Below, piece after piece: positions 1 to 20,968 of a stretch of 64,000 nt of DNA. The position numbers were made by a program, and so were the translations under genes. The notes under the pieces were generated by a model that was given only the letters and a program-made list of their open reading frames with translations, had not been told where the DNA came from and did not search any database. Origin of the DNA: Lytechinus pictus (Eukaryota). Each line of letters starts with the position of its first letter. The first letter of the stretch is position 1. Location of the stretch: assembly GCF_037042905.1 (NCBI RefSeq), contig NC_087251.1:29390001-29454000 (forward strand). The letters are read 5' to 3'.

Positions 1-337
1 TTTACAGAATACCACCCCTGAACAAGTTTGTTCAGAAAAAATGAAAACATGTTTACTATCTTTTTGTACTTTGAAAATTGAAGATCTTTGTTCTTTATGT
101 ATGGAGCCTTTACCTAAGTATTATGTCTTGCCATTTATATCTTTAATGAATAAAACAAGTATGATGGGTTTATAGGCAGAAACACACTTTCCTAACGTAG
201 CAACTCATTCGTTATGAATATATGGTCTTTGTTCATTACACATCTCTCTTTGAATGTGATCATCGTTTAATGTCACAAGGGGGATCAGATCTGAAGGGTA
301 TTATTTTTAAGGGGCTGGAGTTCAGCAAATTGTGAGT

Positions 338-570
338 TAATAATATATAGCATTTATTAGGCGCCGATTTATCTAGTTTCCCATTCAATGGCGCACCATA
401 TATTACCCCGGCTGTAGCTCCAGCTGCTAAAGGCGCTTGATGCATTCAAGGAATTAATCCTGCCGGGTACCCATTCACCTCACCTGGGTTGAGTGCAGCA
501 CAATGTGGATGAGATTCGAATCCACATCCCTCTCATTGAAAGACGAGATTCGTAAATACTAGACCCCCAG
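338..570 (-). mobile_element. Degenerate tRNA-derived SINE (same family as 32831-33123)
   Basis: Reverse complement shares CAACCCAGGTGAGGTGAATGG.TACC.GGCAGGA, GCTACAGCCGGGGTAATA, a B-box-like GGATTCGAATC and a (TTA) tail with the 32831 copy. Confidence 0.7.
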
Positions 571-2509
571 ATTAGAACTAATTAAAGAAATATTTCAAAA
601 TCTATTGAAAACATTCAGAAGTTTTATAAAGTCTGTGCAGGACTGCACACAAATACAATTGATGGGTGTTTTGAATCAAAAGCCCTTTTTACAATTATAT
701 CATTCTGTTTAGTATTCAATTTCATGTTTTTTTTAATGTTTTATTCATTCACTTGTTGAATTGAATATCATTCCATGTTAAGTTTGTTCTGCCATCATCT
801 ATAAACTTTTCTATTTACAGAAACTGTAGTTAGACATCATTAATGTTTATACTGTATGGAGTGAGAAGGATATACATGTGCTTTGTTCATAATATTGAAA
901 ATTGAAATGTTGTTGTACTTGAAATATTTGTACTATTGAAGTTTTGTTTGACTATTATATTGAATTTTGATTATGAAGGTGCATATGATGTTTCAGTACT
1001 TTCATTATTTTCTCTTTGATTATACTTAAGTAGGTTTTGAGATGTTGATACCATGTTGTTATGTATGTCCTGATAAAAGATCAATACCATGCTGATCATT
1101 ATTTTGGAAGACTGCTTTAGTCATTTTGTATATTAGAGAAAAGGGAATAGTCCCTACCCAACATCGAAGTGACATTATCTGTGTGGCCAATTTGAAATTG
1201 TGATTACATCTTCTTTAAATTCTTTTAAAACAACTCTTCATTTGGGTTGGATTCCCTTTAAAGAAACACTTTATTTTGTATTTGCTCTTCGGCACACCAA
1301 TATTTGATGATTTGTCAATTCCATAGAGCATTAAGTAATGTGCTTATGCATACACATGAATCAGCTGCCTAATTCAAATATAAATTGTAAATATTAGCAA
1401 AACAAACTTCTCAGGATAACAGTGTAAAATTTAAGGCACATTGTAGAATATATGTATAGAAATTCATCAAAAAGTAGAGATGAGTATTTAATATAATATA
1501 TATATAGAATCCTCTCCTGTTTTATTTTCAGCTCAAGATGTATATGTATATTGGGCTTCACATTACATTTCTATTGTTAAAAAGTTGCAATAATTTATTT
1601 GTTATTTTTGTTCATAGATGATCATTTCTTGAAGCTAAATATTTAATTGACAAATCAAAACCCTTGGAGCTATAAAGGACAATAATACAAGTTTTAAGTA
1701 TCTTCACCGCTTGTCAGCCGAGTATGTTACTCAAGAAAAACTCCCCCCAAAAATTGTGCTTTTCATCGGCCTGAATTCTGTAACATACCATGTCAGAAGG
1801 GATGATTGCAAAGGGTCTTATGCAAAAGAGTGAATATTTTCTTGATTTCAGTCTTGAATTTGCTATTTTTCACAAAAAGAGGATAACTCTTTCAATATCT
1901 AGTGCTTACATGGATGGAGACTTGCAGCTCTTGACCATGTTCTATTTTGATACCTTTTTTTGGTCTTATTAGGCCCATATTGCTATATCAGGAAAAGCAG
2001 TTGCATACAATCTGAATACAGGTAGAGATGGAAAGCTGCACCAAATGAGCAGCAAATACAACATGGCAAAAATAAAGCTGGAAGTCTTCCTCATTTAAGG
2101 ACAAAACGTCTTCAGTTTCATATTTTCCTCTGCAAATTGTGAAAAAAAAACACATACCTTTGTATTTTATGATCCTAAAAGTTCATCAAACTTGCTAAGT
2201 GTCACCAATCGTTTAGTTGGTCAGAATTTGAAAAAGTTTGAAATTTCCTTTGCAAATGTGTTGGCATCCAATTTGATTGGACAGTGCTTCTCAAATGATA
2301 AGCATGATTTTTGTGTAGAAATTTTGATGCATTGAATATGAATGTTGAATTTTGCAGATTGTTTGCATCTTCTATGTTTTTCATGAAATTACACCTGTGA
2401 TGATTAACCAATGCAGAAATTTCATGATTTATACAACAAATTGCACATTGGCCAGACAATATAATCTGATATTACATTTCCATCTTTTGCCTATGTACCA
2501 TACTATCTT

Positions 2510-3722
2510 ATTTTTATACGCCCGTATTATGGTATGGTATCATGCTCGGTGTCTGTCCGTCCAGTGGCATATTTAGGACAATCAGTACCCAAAAATTATT
2601 GATATTTAGACCTGAAATCGGGACATTTAAGAGAGACGTAATCCCACGAAGCGGATCTATAACTAAGCAATTATTGCAGGCACGAGCAATGAGCTGAATT
2701 TTTTTATATACTAACCTGAAAGGGGACAATTATAAGGAGTATTCTTAGGAATTCACGAACTTCCTATATGTACCTGTATCTCATTGGCGTAATGCGTGCA
2801 CGAAGCGCGAGCTGGTTTTGTTGGTATGTCCTCTCCTAAAAAGAGACGATTGTTTGTGAAAATTAATGAAGAGGGTTTGTATCTAATATCAAATCAGGGC
2901 GTGATTATAAGTCTTTGTTAACTAAACAAGAAAAAAGAGTAACATACCAAAATGCTTACCCGCAGCTAGATATGAAAAGTTATATGATATGGGATTGAAA
3001 AAGAAATATTTTAAGGACTGTTTGTTGGAATTCTTGGAAAGAATAAGTATATCACTAATAAAAAATTGGCACTTATTCATCCTTGGGTAAAAACAGGCAA
3101 GCTTCATTTTCTACATGGGTTCGAAACTTCATTACCATGGTAATAGCGTAGGACGGGGGTCTTCAGTGGTCTTCCTTTTCTGCGACTTTATTCCTTAAGC
3201 TTGACTTTTCTGCATACAAAAAAAAAGTGTCGCTAAGGCGAGCACATAATACGCCCGCCTGAAACGCAAAAAAAGTTGACCATTTGGGTTCATTTATTGT
3301 TTTCCTTTTATTTGTGCCCTCCCCCCAAAAGTGGCACCCAGGGCACATGCCCCCTTTGCCCCTCCCTAGATATGCCACTGCATCTGTCTGTCTGTCCAAC
3401 TTTTCTTTGTCAATGCGATAACTTCAGTTTAACTTAACCTAGGCTCATATAATTTGGTGTGTATGATACTAGCATGAATCCCAGGAAGCCTAATGATTTT
3501 GAGATCAAAAGGTCAAGGTCACAGTGACATGTTTTCATCTTACCCTTCTGCAGTCCTTGTAAAAGCGATAACTTCATTTTAACTTAACCTAGGCTCATAT
3601 AATTTGGTGTGTATGATACTAGCATTGATCCCAGGAAGAAAGGTGAAGTCACCTTGCTTGACCAATAACTCCTTTTTCCGTGTTACAGGCGGGCATATGT
3701 GCTTGCCTTAGCAACACTCAGT
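2510..3722 (+). mobile_element. Helentron/DINE-like non-autonomous element interrupted by a CAGTGGCATAT-TIR MITE (2562-3380)
   Basis: TTTTATACGCCCG start with a subterminal inverted match CGGGCATAT near 3690, (GTCY)n tract, GGTCAAGGTCA motif and an internal ~150-bp duplication. The nested element has TIRs CAGTGGCATATTTAGG / CTAGATATGCCACTG. Confidence 0.6.
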
Positions 3723-5096
3723 AGTATGGAGGCTGCAGTACAATCATATATACATATATACTCATAAAACACAAATGAGACGATTGTTAATGTATAAATA
3801 ACTTTTTTATTTACAAAAAGAGAAGATAGTGCTTTCTTTATTTCATGCCTTATTTTCTCTAATGTGTTTATACAAATGTTTACAAGAATTGTATGCAATA
3901 TATTGAATAATAAAGAATTTAGATTAAAATTTATCTTGAACAAAAATGTGGTTATGTCATATTTGTTTAAGACTCCTACATGACACAATAAATACTACTA
4001 AATTTCAGACTTCAACATGTCTGAAAATGACCATGAATTTTACAACCAGATTAGGAAAAAAATGAATTTTATGTAAACTAAACATAAATAACATCTAATT
4101 ACAGGTTCACATAAACCCTACATAGCCCGGGGAAGGGGTGGTTTATTACACACCAAATGCAATTTCTCTTTCTACCATAAGTCATTAATGTATCATTATC
4201 AAATAAAACTATGTAGAAAAATGTACCTTTCCAAACCCTGAGATTACAATGATTTCTACCAATCAGCAAAATTTTGTCGTGATTACACAATCTATAGCAA
4301 TCCCCCCCCCCCAGACTAACAAGAAAAATATTGGGATTAAAAAACAATTGGGGAATGAAAATATTGTAATATTTACCAATGAAGAGACTTGCCAAACCCA
4401 TCTTGTACACTGTACTAAAATAACCCAGGCGAGGTGGCACAAAACAAAAATAATTTAAATTGCATTCATACTACTGAAATACATTATCATTATTATCATC
4501 ATTGGCTAAGGGAGGGATTTAATATTACATTCCACAAGACTTTTGTATTTGATATGATTGCAGCAAGGAAATGGCCTATTGTTCTCAGAATGCAAAACCT
4601 TATTGCTGGAGAGCTGACTCATAACAAATATCCTCTGAGCTTTACATGACCAATATCGGTATCTAAGGACTTCCAGCAGCTGAAAATCAAAGTATGATCC
4701 AAATCATATTTCATGATGCAATTTGTTAATGATTTTCCCTGAAAACTGATATCCTTGCATCTGATGTGCTTAGACCAATTTGTCAGTTAAAAGGTTGACA
4801 ACATGCTTTATGAAACACACCCTGCACTCCGTAACGCAAGGATGCCAATAGCTAAACACCATTGGCCAATCAAGATCATTGTTGCATCTGCATCTTGTTC
4901 AAATACGGATCAGGACCAATCGCAATAGTTCTTTCATATTTGGTATTCATTGCAAACTTTTGTGCAATACAAGGCCAAGGCTTTGGTTGTTTTTTTATTA
5001 TCTAATCTTTAGGCAGATAAATATCAGTTGAGTGATCATTCTTTTTGTCATCATTTCAGAGTCTCTGCTATATAAGATGAATTTTATAGACAATTT

Positions 5097-8000
5097 TCAT
5101 TTCTTCTTATTCTTGTTGCTACCTGATAGAACATCCAAAAACTTTCCCCTAGTCATCTCACGAGCTGCAAAGAGAAGAAGAAAAAAAAAGGCAATGTAAG
5201 ACAACTATGGTTGTCAAATAAAAAGAGTATGGTGAATAATGATATTGGAAACAACTCAAATAGAATGGTAAATATGATAAAGCTTAAAAAGAAACCAAAA
5301 CCAAAGGAGAGAATAAATCTGAGAAGAGTAAAATGAGAAGATCAATATAAAAAAGTGTAATCAAAATCATTTATAAAAAAAGACTAATGGAAATTCAAAG
5401 TATTTTACTTTCTATAGAGATTCTCAAACTACAACATATGCTTCAAATGGACAACTTTCCATTCGTTTTACATATTAATTCTCAAATTTTACCCACTATC
5501 TTTCAAATAGCATCTAGCATCCTGGGGACCGTTTCATGAAGGTTGTAAGCACTAACAAGTTGATTTTCTCTGATAGTTACTATGGTAACAGTCAGATGCC
5601 AGTGCCTCTCAGCCAATCAAAAGCAAGGATTTCACTGAAATTGTCAGCACTGACAATTAAGTCAGTGCTGATAACTTTCATTAAATGCCCCCTTGAGCAC
5701 AATCAGAGTGTGTAAAATAAAGGGAGAAATAATATGATAGAAAAAGGGTAATATTTCTATCATTCATTTAAGTTTTATATCACTTAATGGACAGCTTTAT
5801 AAAGCATCCCAGTTTTTATTCTACCGCTTCTATCAAAACAACCCAGCAGGTATCAAGACGGGATCTCCCCATTTCAGCAGGATTGGATGAAAGAATGTCA
5901 AAACTCACCTTCCTCTAAGCCAAGTTGGTAGGCTAGATTCTGCAGCCCTTTTACTTTCTCCATTAGATTGGCTGTGGTTAAACTACCCAATTCTGTCAAG
6001 GAAATAAACAAAATTATATAAATACAGAAAAAAAATAATAATAAAAAAGAAAACACATGTTCATGCTTTGACTATGAAGCAACTGGTATCTCCACAAGCT
6101 TTTTCCTATCCAAAATCAATTGGGTACATGAACAGTGCCAATAATACTACTTTTTTTGTGGGGGGGGAGGGGGGTTCAGCAAATTTGGGATTGGTCAAGC
6201 GATTCCCCCATGACAATTCTGTACCTTTAACGTAAGATACAATAAATCTTACAATCGTTATCAACCCTATTTTGGTGTATTATCTGTGATAAACTTACAA
6301 TATGAATTGTAAGATTGGCTTAAATCATAATATTAATTGTAACTTCAATGTCACATGGTAAAAGTATAACTAAAGTCAATTATTAATGAATGCTTCATGC
6401 ATAATTAAAGATAGATATTTGCATAAACTTAACTATGTTTTCAAAATAAATTTTCTAAACCATCTCTTAAATTTGGCCGAATGATTTTTTATGTGCTATA
6501 CTATGGCTATAAAAAACAATAAAACCTTACCATTGAGCATATCGATGTCATTCTTCTCTAAATCAGCTTCCCAAGGCGGTGAATTTGCATTGTTGAAAGG
6601 CTAAGAAATAAATATTGAAAAATTCATATTATTCATATAATGTCAAGCCATTGGAGATATGGGAATGTATAATTTACTAAAGGATGGAAATGTAAAAGAA
6701 ATGGAATAGTCAAATAGATAAGATTGATGAGCAAATATTAACAAAACTTCATCAGAATGGTCAACTGTTCACAATATATCCCCAAATATTCTCATCCCAA
6801 TTCTAATTCCATCCCAATTCATGCACTTAGCAAAATAGGGGGAGGGGGATAGGCAAAAATAACAGTGGAATAAATCTACTGTATACATTGCACTTACACT
6901 CTTGATATCAGCAAAATTGGATACTCCAGGAACTGAGGGAAAAAAAGAAAAGAAAACTTAAGAATAAAGTTCATACTAATTACTTTTTTTCCATAAAATA
7001 GTGTACCATAATATAAATAACAAGCATTTCTTGAGACCAATCTGAACTGATACACTCTACCCAAAAGGGTGTTATTTGGAGTATTAAACCAATCATCTCA
7101 AATGCCTTAAGGCTACCGCACACCTTACGATTGGTCTGCAACCAGATTTTAGAATAAAACGAAGTAGAAGTTGATGCTAATATTGAGACATGGAATATCT
7201 TACTGTGTAATGTTCTAAATCATTGTATGAATACCTATGTTTAAATCTGCGACTATGCTATCATCCTTATTAGAATAAAAGCAAATTTAATATCTAGTTG
7301 TAATGACTTCATGGCAATCATACAATTGGCTACGATTTGAAACTAATTTAGGCTTTACTCCAAAATAAAGGCTGGTAATCATCCAAAATTGTTATATACA
7401 TGTAAGTATTTCAGTTAATTTGATCCTCAAATAAAAAGATACTTTTTATTCAAATTTTCAGAAAATAAGCAAAATGCGATTTGTTCCATAATCAAATCTT
7501 GGCCCAGTTGTAAGGTGTGCGGTGGCCTTATCTCTATACACCACCTTTTTGGTTTAATCTCTGTTAGTAATGATTTGACCATATTCCACTAAGTTGCACT
7601 AGCGTTAGGTAAGGGGACTTATAACAGTTTTTTTTTTGTGAACACAGTTGGATTTTCAAATGTTGACAAACCACCCCATATAATAACACTTACTTTGCTC
7701 AGGCCATAGCTCTGGGGATGCACGGTCCAACCTTTCAAAACTCAGGAGAGTTGCTTCCAGATCTGTTGAAAGAAAGAAACAAACAAACATATTGTGTGAA
7801 TGTGAGAAGTTTTTGTCAATCCAACCCTTTAAAATTTCAACATATAGGCAATTAAAGTGCTGATTGAGTAGAAGAAATAACCAGTTGTCTCATATCTATT
7901 GCCCAATTGTCGCAAGCCCCCTCTTGAGAACGAATTCAAGGCAAGCATGAAAGTTTGCAGCAGCATACAATGAATTAAAATGTTGCAAGTAGGCATAGTA

Positions 8001-11000
8001 GCAGACATTTTGCAGAAATGAATTGAAAAATGCAAACTTTATCTCATGCTTGCCTTAAATTCATTCTCAAGAGGGCTCCCAACATCATTAATTGCACAAT
8101 TCATTGCATGCGCAACAAATCAACGACTATCAACAATCAATAAATGGGTAGAACTGAGACTGCCAGACTGGATAATTTCACATCTAATGAAGACAGACAT
8201 TCCATGCAAGAGTGACGCGTACATGTATTCCATGGTAGTAAATCTGAATTTTCCCTTTACGTCTATTTCATGTGATTACGGCCTAAAAGAAGCACAACTA
8301 CAGCAATAATCCCAGACCTTCACATTGCTATTCAGATAATGCTCACAATCACTGTATCTATCGCCAGCTGTGAGCGATCATTCAGCAAGTTGAAACTCAT
8401 CCTCTCATACTTGAGAGCCTCCATGGGCCAAGACAAATTATGTGATCTAGCTCTACTGAGTGTGGAGAAAGAAGAAACTGAAAGAGTCAATTTTGATCTC
8501 ATCATTGATCAACTTGCAGCAGCTAAGGCGAGGAAGATTAATTTGTAAACAGTCAGACTGCAGGTCCCAAGAAAGTGGCTTCTTTCATCCAAGTGATATT
8601 CATGACTTGAGATGTTTTGCATATTTAATGAGCTTGATGCGGACCAAAACACCTCTTTTCATTCGGTCATTGCTGCTCTAATTGTGCATCGAATTTCATG
8701 AATTTGGTACCATTGTAAAGAAGAAGAATCATTTTTTCAGGTCATGTGTTTGGATTTATTCAAAGATTTTGTAATATAGGTTAAAATTTTGATCTAAAAT
8801 AATATGCTACAAAATAAATATTTTCACCTGACAAAAGCTGCTATTTTCACACTTTATTTTTGTTTGAGCCCAAATGATTTTTATATCACGATAAAGCTGA
8901 ATATGTATGCTTTGAAATGATATAGGCTTCAAAATAAGAATTGGTTTAATCGGGTCAAGACCACACTTTTCATTTGCCAAGTACATAAAGCAGCTTGAAA
9001 ACAAGAATACTGCATTCTGATTGGTCAAAGAGACCGCACACTGGCAAATTCCAACGGTTCCAGTGCCTGGGTTCGTGGGAAGGTCACACTTCCCATGTGG
9101 TAATCTCCTCAAATACCCTGCGCCTGTTGTTCTGTGACTCTTATCCAGCCAATCGGAACTCTGGATTTCATGCAAGTACAAAATTTCTGAAATCTCGTCT
9201 TGTACCTTGGTGGGAAAAGTGTGATCTTGACCCGATTAAAAGGTGCTGCATATCAAAAGTGGCATTGTGAGAAAGTACAGAAGTTCAGCTTTATGTTGAT
9301 ATAAATATCATAGAGGCTCAAAATAAAAAGTTTTGCGCAATTTGCAAAAGAAAACAGAGGAAGAAAATTCAGTTTTGAGGCACATTTTCAGGCCAGAAAT
9401 TTACTTATTTAACAAAATATTGTATACAAAATAAATGACCAATATGAAAGAGTAACTTTTACTCTATCTGATGGTGCAATAATATTTCATTTAACTTGAG
9501 GTTAAAACAGGTAAATTCTTAGAGAAAGAAAATCTCACGAATCACAAGATTTTGCAAGGAGGAGGATTCAGCCACGAGATGATTTGGATGAATCTGGCCT
9601 TTTTGCTCATTAGCATAGGGACCTGCGGTCTGACTGTAAACTATTTCATCACTGCCATTTGCCATAATCTTCCTGGCAATCATCACTCCTGTGTATTGTA
9701 ATGATGTATGTTTTGGGGTATTGATTTTATGTTTATATAGTAATTCTGCCTGAAACTAAGATTTCATCAATAGGTTGATATGTGTGTTTGACATAAACAA
9801 TATATGCATACAGTTTTCGTAATTTGTTCCAATTAAAATCATTGATTTATTTAAAAGCTGGCATTTGAAGATAACTCTTGAAAAAGGCCACAAATCCATT
9901 TACCGTCAGTGACTGTATACTAGCACATCAATGATGTGGAGCTCATCCTGCATCTCGCAGCGAAATTTAACACAATTTTAATTTCAGCCCAGTTGACACT
10001 TTAGTGAATTATATTGGTGACATACGGTAAATTGAGGATATAGAATTGAAATTGATGAAGAAATGGCATAGAAGCATTTTTTGCAATCTATGAATAAATT
10101 TCATATAAATTAAGCAAAAATAATTTTCTCGTCAAAATTTCTGAACTCTGTGTAGTACCTTGGTGAACCTCATGTAGCTCTCAGATGGAACAAAAATAAT
10201 CAAAATCAATCAACAAATAAATAAGTATTTTTTGTGAGTTTTGAAAATATATGAATAAATTAGCATATTGAATGAGTTTCAAAATTCTGTGTTGAAATTT
10301 TGAATCACCACCTTGAGCTATCATATAAAGCAAAAAAAATTGAAATTGATCAACAAATGAAGAAGAAAAAACATTTTTTGTGTTTATGAATAAATTTTGC
10401 ATAAATTAGCATAAATAATTTTCTAGACAAAATTTCAAAATTTTGTGTACAAGTTTGGTGAACCTCATGCAGCTCTACCAGATTGAAGAAAAAAAATCAA
10501 AATCGGTCAACAGAAAATCATATATATCATCATACTTGAAATGACAGAGAAGAAACATTTTGAAATTTAGTCAACAAATAAAGAAGAGGCATTTTCTGTG
10601 ATGTATGAATTTCATATCAACTGATATTACGACTAGTCTACTCTCCAAGAGTATTGGGCTGGGCATTTATTTTTCTGACTAAATAAACCGATGCCATTGG
10701 GAATTACACACGCTCGAAATTTTGACGGAATAAAGCCATATTTTGGTATGTATCCAACTTTTCCTTCTTAAATCTCTTAGATACATGTTAGATAATTCTT
10801 GATAAACCTTCTCCATATTTTTTTCTTTTTCAATTTTAGTGGAGGGGACATATGGAAGTCTTGCCGTTTCAACCTTCTTTTATTCGGTTATCTTTTTTTC
10901 CCCTTCATTTTTTTCCTCTCATTTCTCAATTCATCTCTTTTCTTTCTCTCCTTCATTTTTTCATTTACCCTCCCTTCCTTTTTTTTAAATTTGTTACAAT

Positions 11001-11588
11001 TTTAACTCAAAACTAAAGTCGGCTAGAGCTAACTTACTTAGCCTAGCCCAATGAGTGGCCTAGGCTCTAGCCCTTCTTTGAGTTTGACTTTGTTCATTTA
11101 AAAAAAAAATTAAAATCAAGACAAGGACTGCATGGCTCAGTCGATCCGCTCGTGCATTGTGCTTTGTCGATTGTCCCGTATTTCATTTGTGAAATCTGGT
11201 CACCCTGGTTTTACTGGCCATTCTGTATGCATATGGATACGAAAGTGCATTTCCACCAAATATCATGAAAGCAAGCTGCTGGTACAGCCAGGGTAACTTT
11301 AAAGGCAGGAGCTCGCCGAACAGTCACCGGAGCGGAGCGTGGTGGTCTGCAGAAAAGCTTACGGTATTCATTCACACACACTCACGATCACGGCAATCGC
11401 AACAACACCACAATGTCAAAAGACTGTACTTTTAAGATGACAATATACACATTTTATTTTAAGATAATTCCAATTACCTTCATATTATACTCAAGTAAAA
11501 AATTAACCCAACATTACACCCTGAAAGTTAGAACAATGGTAAGAAGAAAAAAATTAAATTTACCCGCACTGCCGGCTGGTGACGCCAT
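5097..11588 (-). CDS. LIN52: Protein lin-52 homolog (MuvB/DREAM core subunit), 6 coding exons, 116 aa
   Basis: Exons 11588-11564, 7762-7694, 6932-6898, 6600-6531, 5992-5909, 5164-5097; all GT-AG, in phase, 351 nt total. Translation MASPAGSADLEATLLSFERLDRASPELWPEQIPGVSNFADIKSPFNNANSPPWEADLEKNDIDMLNELGSLTTANLMEKVKGLQNLAYQLGLEEAREMTRGKFLDVLSGSNKNKKK* matches LIN52 as I recall it, including the LxSxExL pocket-protein motif and the adjacent RASP phosphosite. Confidence 0.96.
7107..7530. mobile_element. MITE with ~20-bp TIRs (PIF/Harbinger-like)
   Basis: TAAGGCTACCGCACACCTTAC ... GTAAGGTGTGCGGTGGCCTTA, in a TWA context. Confidence 0.65.
7916..8077. repeat. Short palindromic MITE-like inverted repeat
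   Basis: CCCTCTTGAGAACGAATTCAAGGCAAGCATGAAAGTTTGCA ... TGCAAACTTTATCTCATGCTTGCCTTAAATTCATTCTCAAGAGGG. Confidence 0.65.
8240..8548 (+). pseudogene. hAT transposase relic (C-terminal dimerization domain, ZMYM1/Charlie-like) in LIN52 intron 1
   Basis: ORF 8339-8548 MLTITVSIASCERSFSKLKLILSYLRASMGQDKLCDLALLSVEKE...INL* contains the hAT CERSFSxLK motif; the upstream part is broken by a stop. Confidence 0.85.
8550..9636. mobile_element. Non-autonomous DNA transposon with CAGTC termini, ~1.09 kb, 4-bp TSD TAAA
   Basis: TIRs CAGTCAGACTGCAGGTCCC / GGGACCTGCGGTCTGACTG; TAAA on both sides (8546-8549, 9637-9640). The body is homologous to 59521-60566 plus 63401-63432. Confidence 0.85.
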
Positions 11589-11728
11589 TTTCACAAGAGC
11601 CCTCTACCGTTCATTTCAGGTACAATGTTTATATTTTCGTTGATATTGAATGAATGAATAAAGTTAAGTGCTGTGCAGTTAATAGTATACCTTTAATTTA
11701 GCATTTTAGGCTTTTTAGTAGAAAAGAA
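11589..11728. promoter_or_regulatory. Very short head-to-head interval between LIN52 and SLC38A6-like start codons (putative bidirectional promoter or overlapping 5' UTRs)
   Basis: Divergent ATGs at 11588 (-) and 11729 (+); CpG-richer sequence at ~11130-11410 and around LIN52 exon 1. Confidence 0.6.

Positions 11729-20968
<9,240 letters not shown>

Noticed and set aside
1969..2094. Minus-strand 41-aa ORF with a signal-peptide-like start (MRKTSSFIFAMLYLLLIWCSF...)
   Set aside because: Short, no recognisable homology, and no continuing frame or supporting exons.
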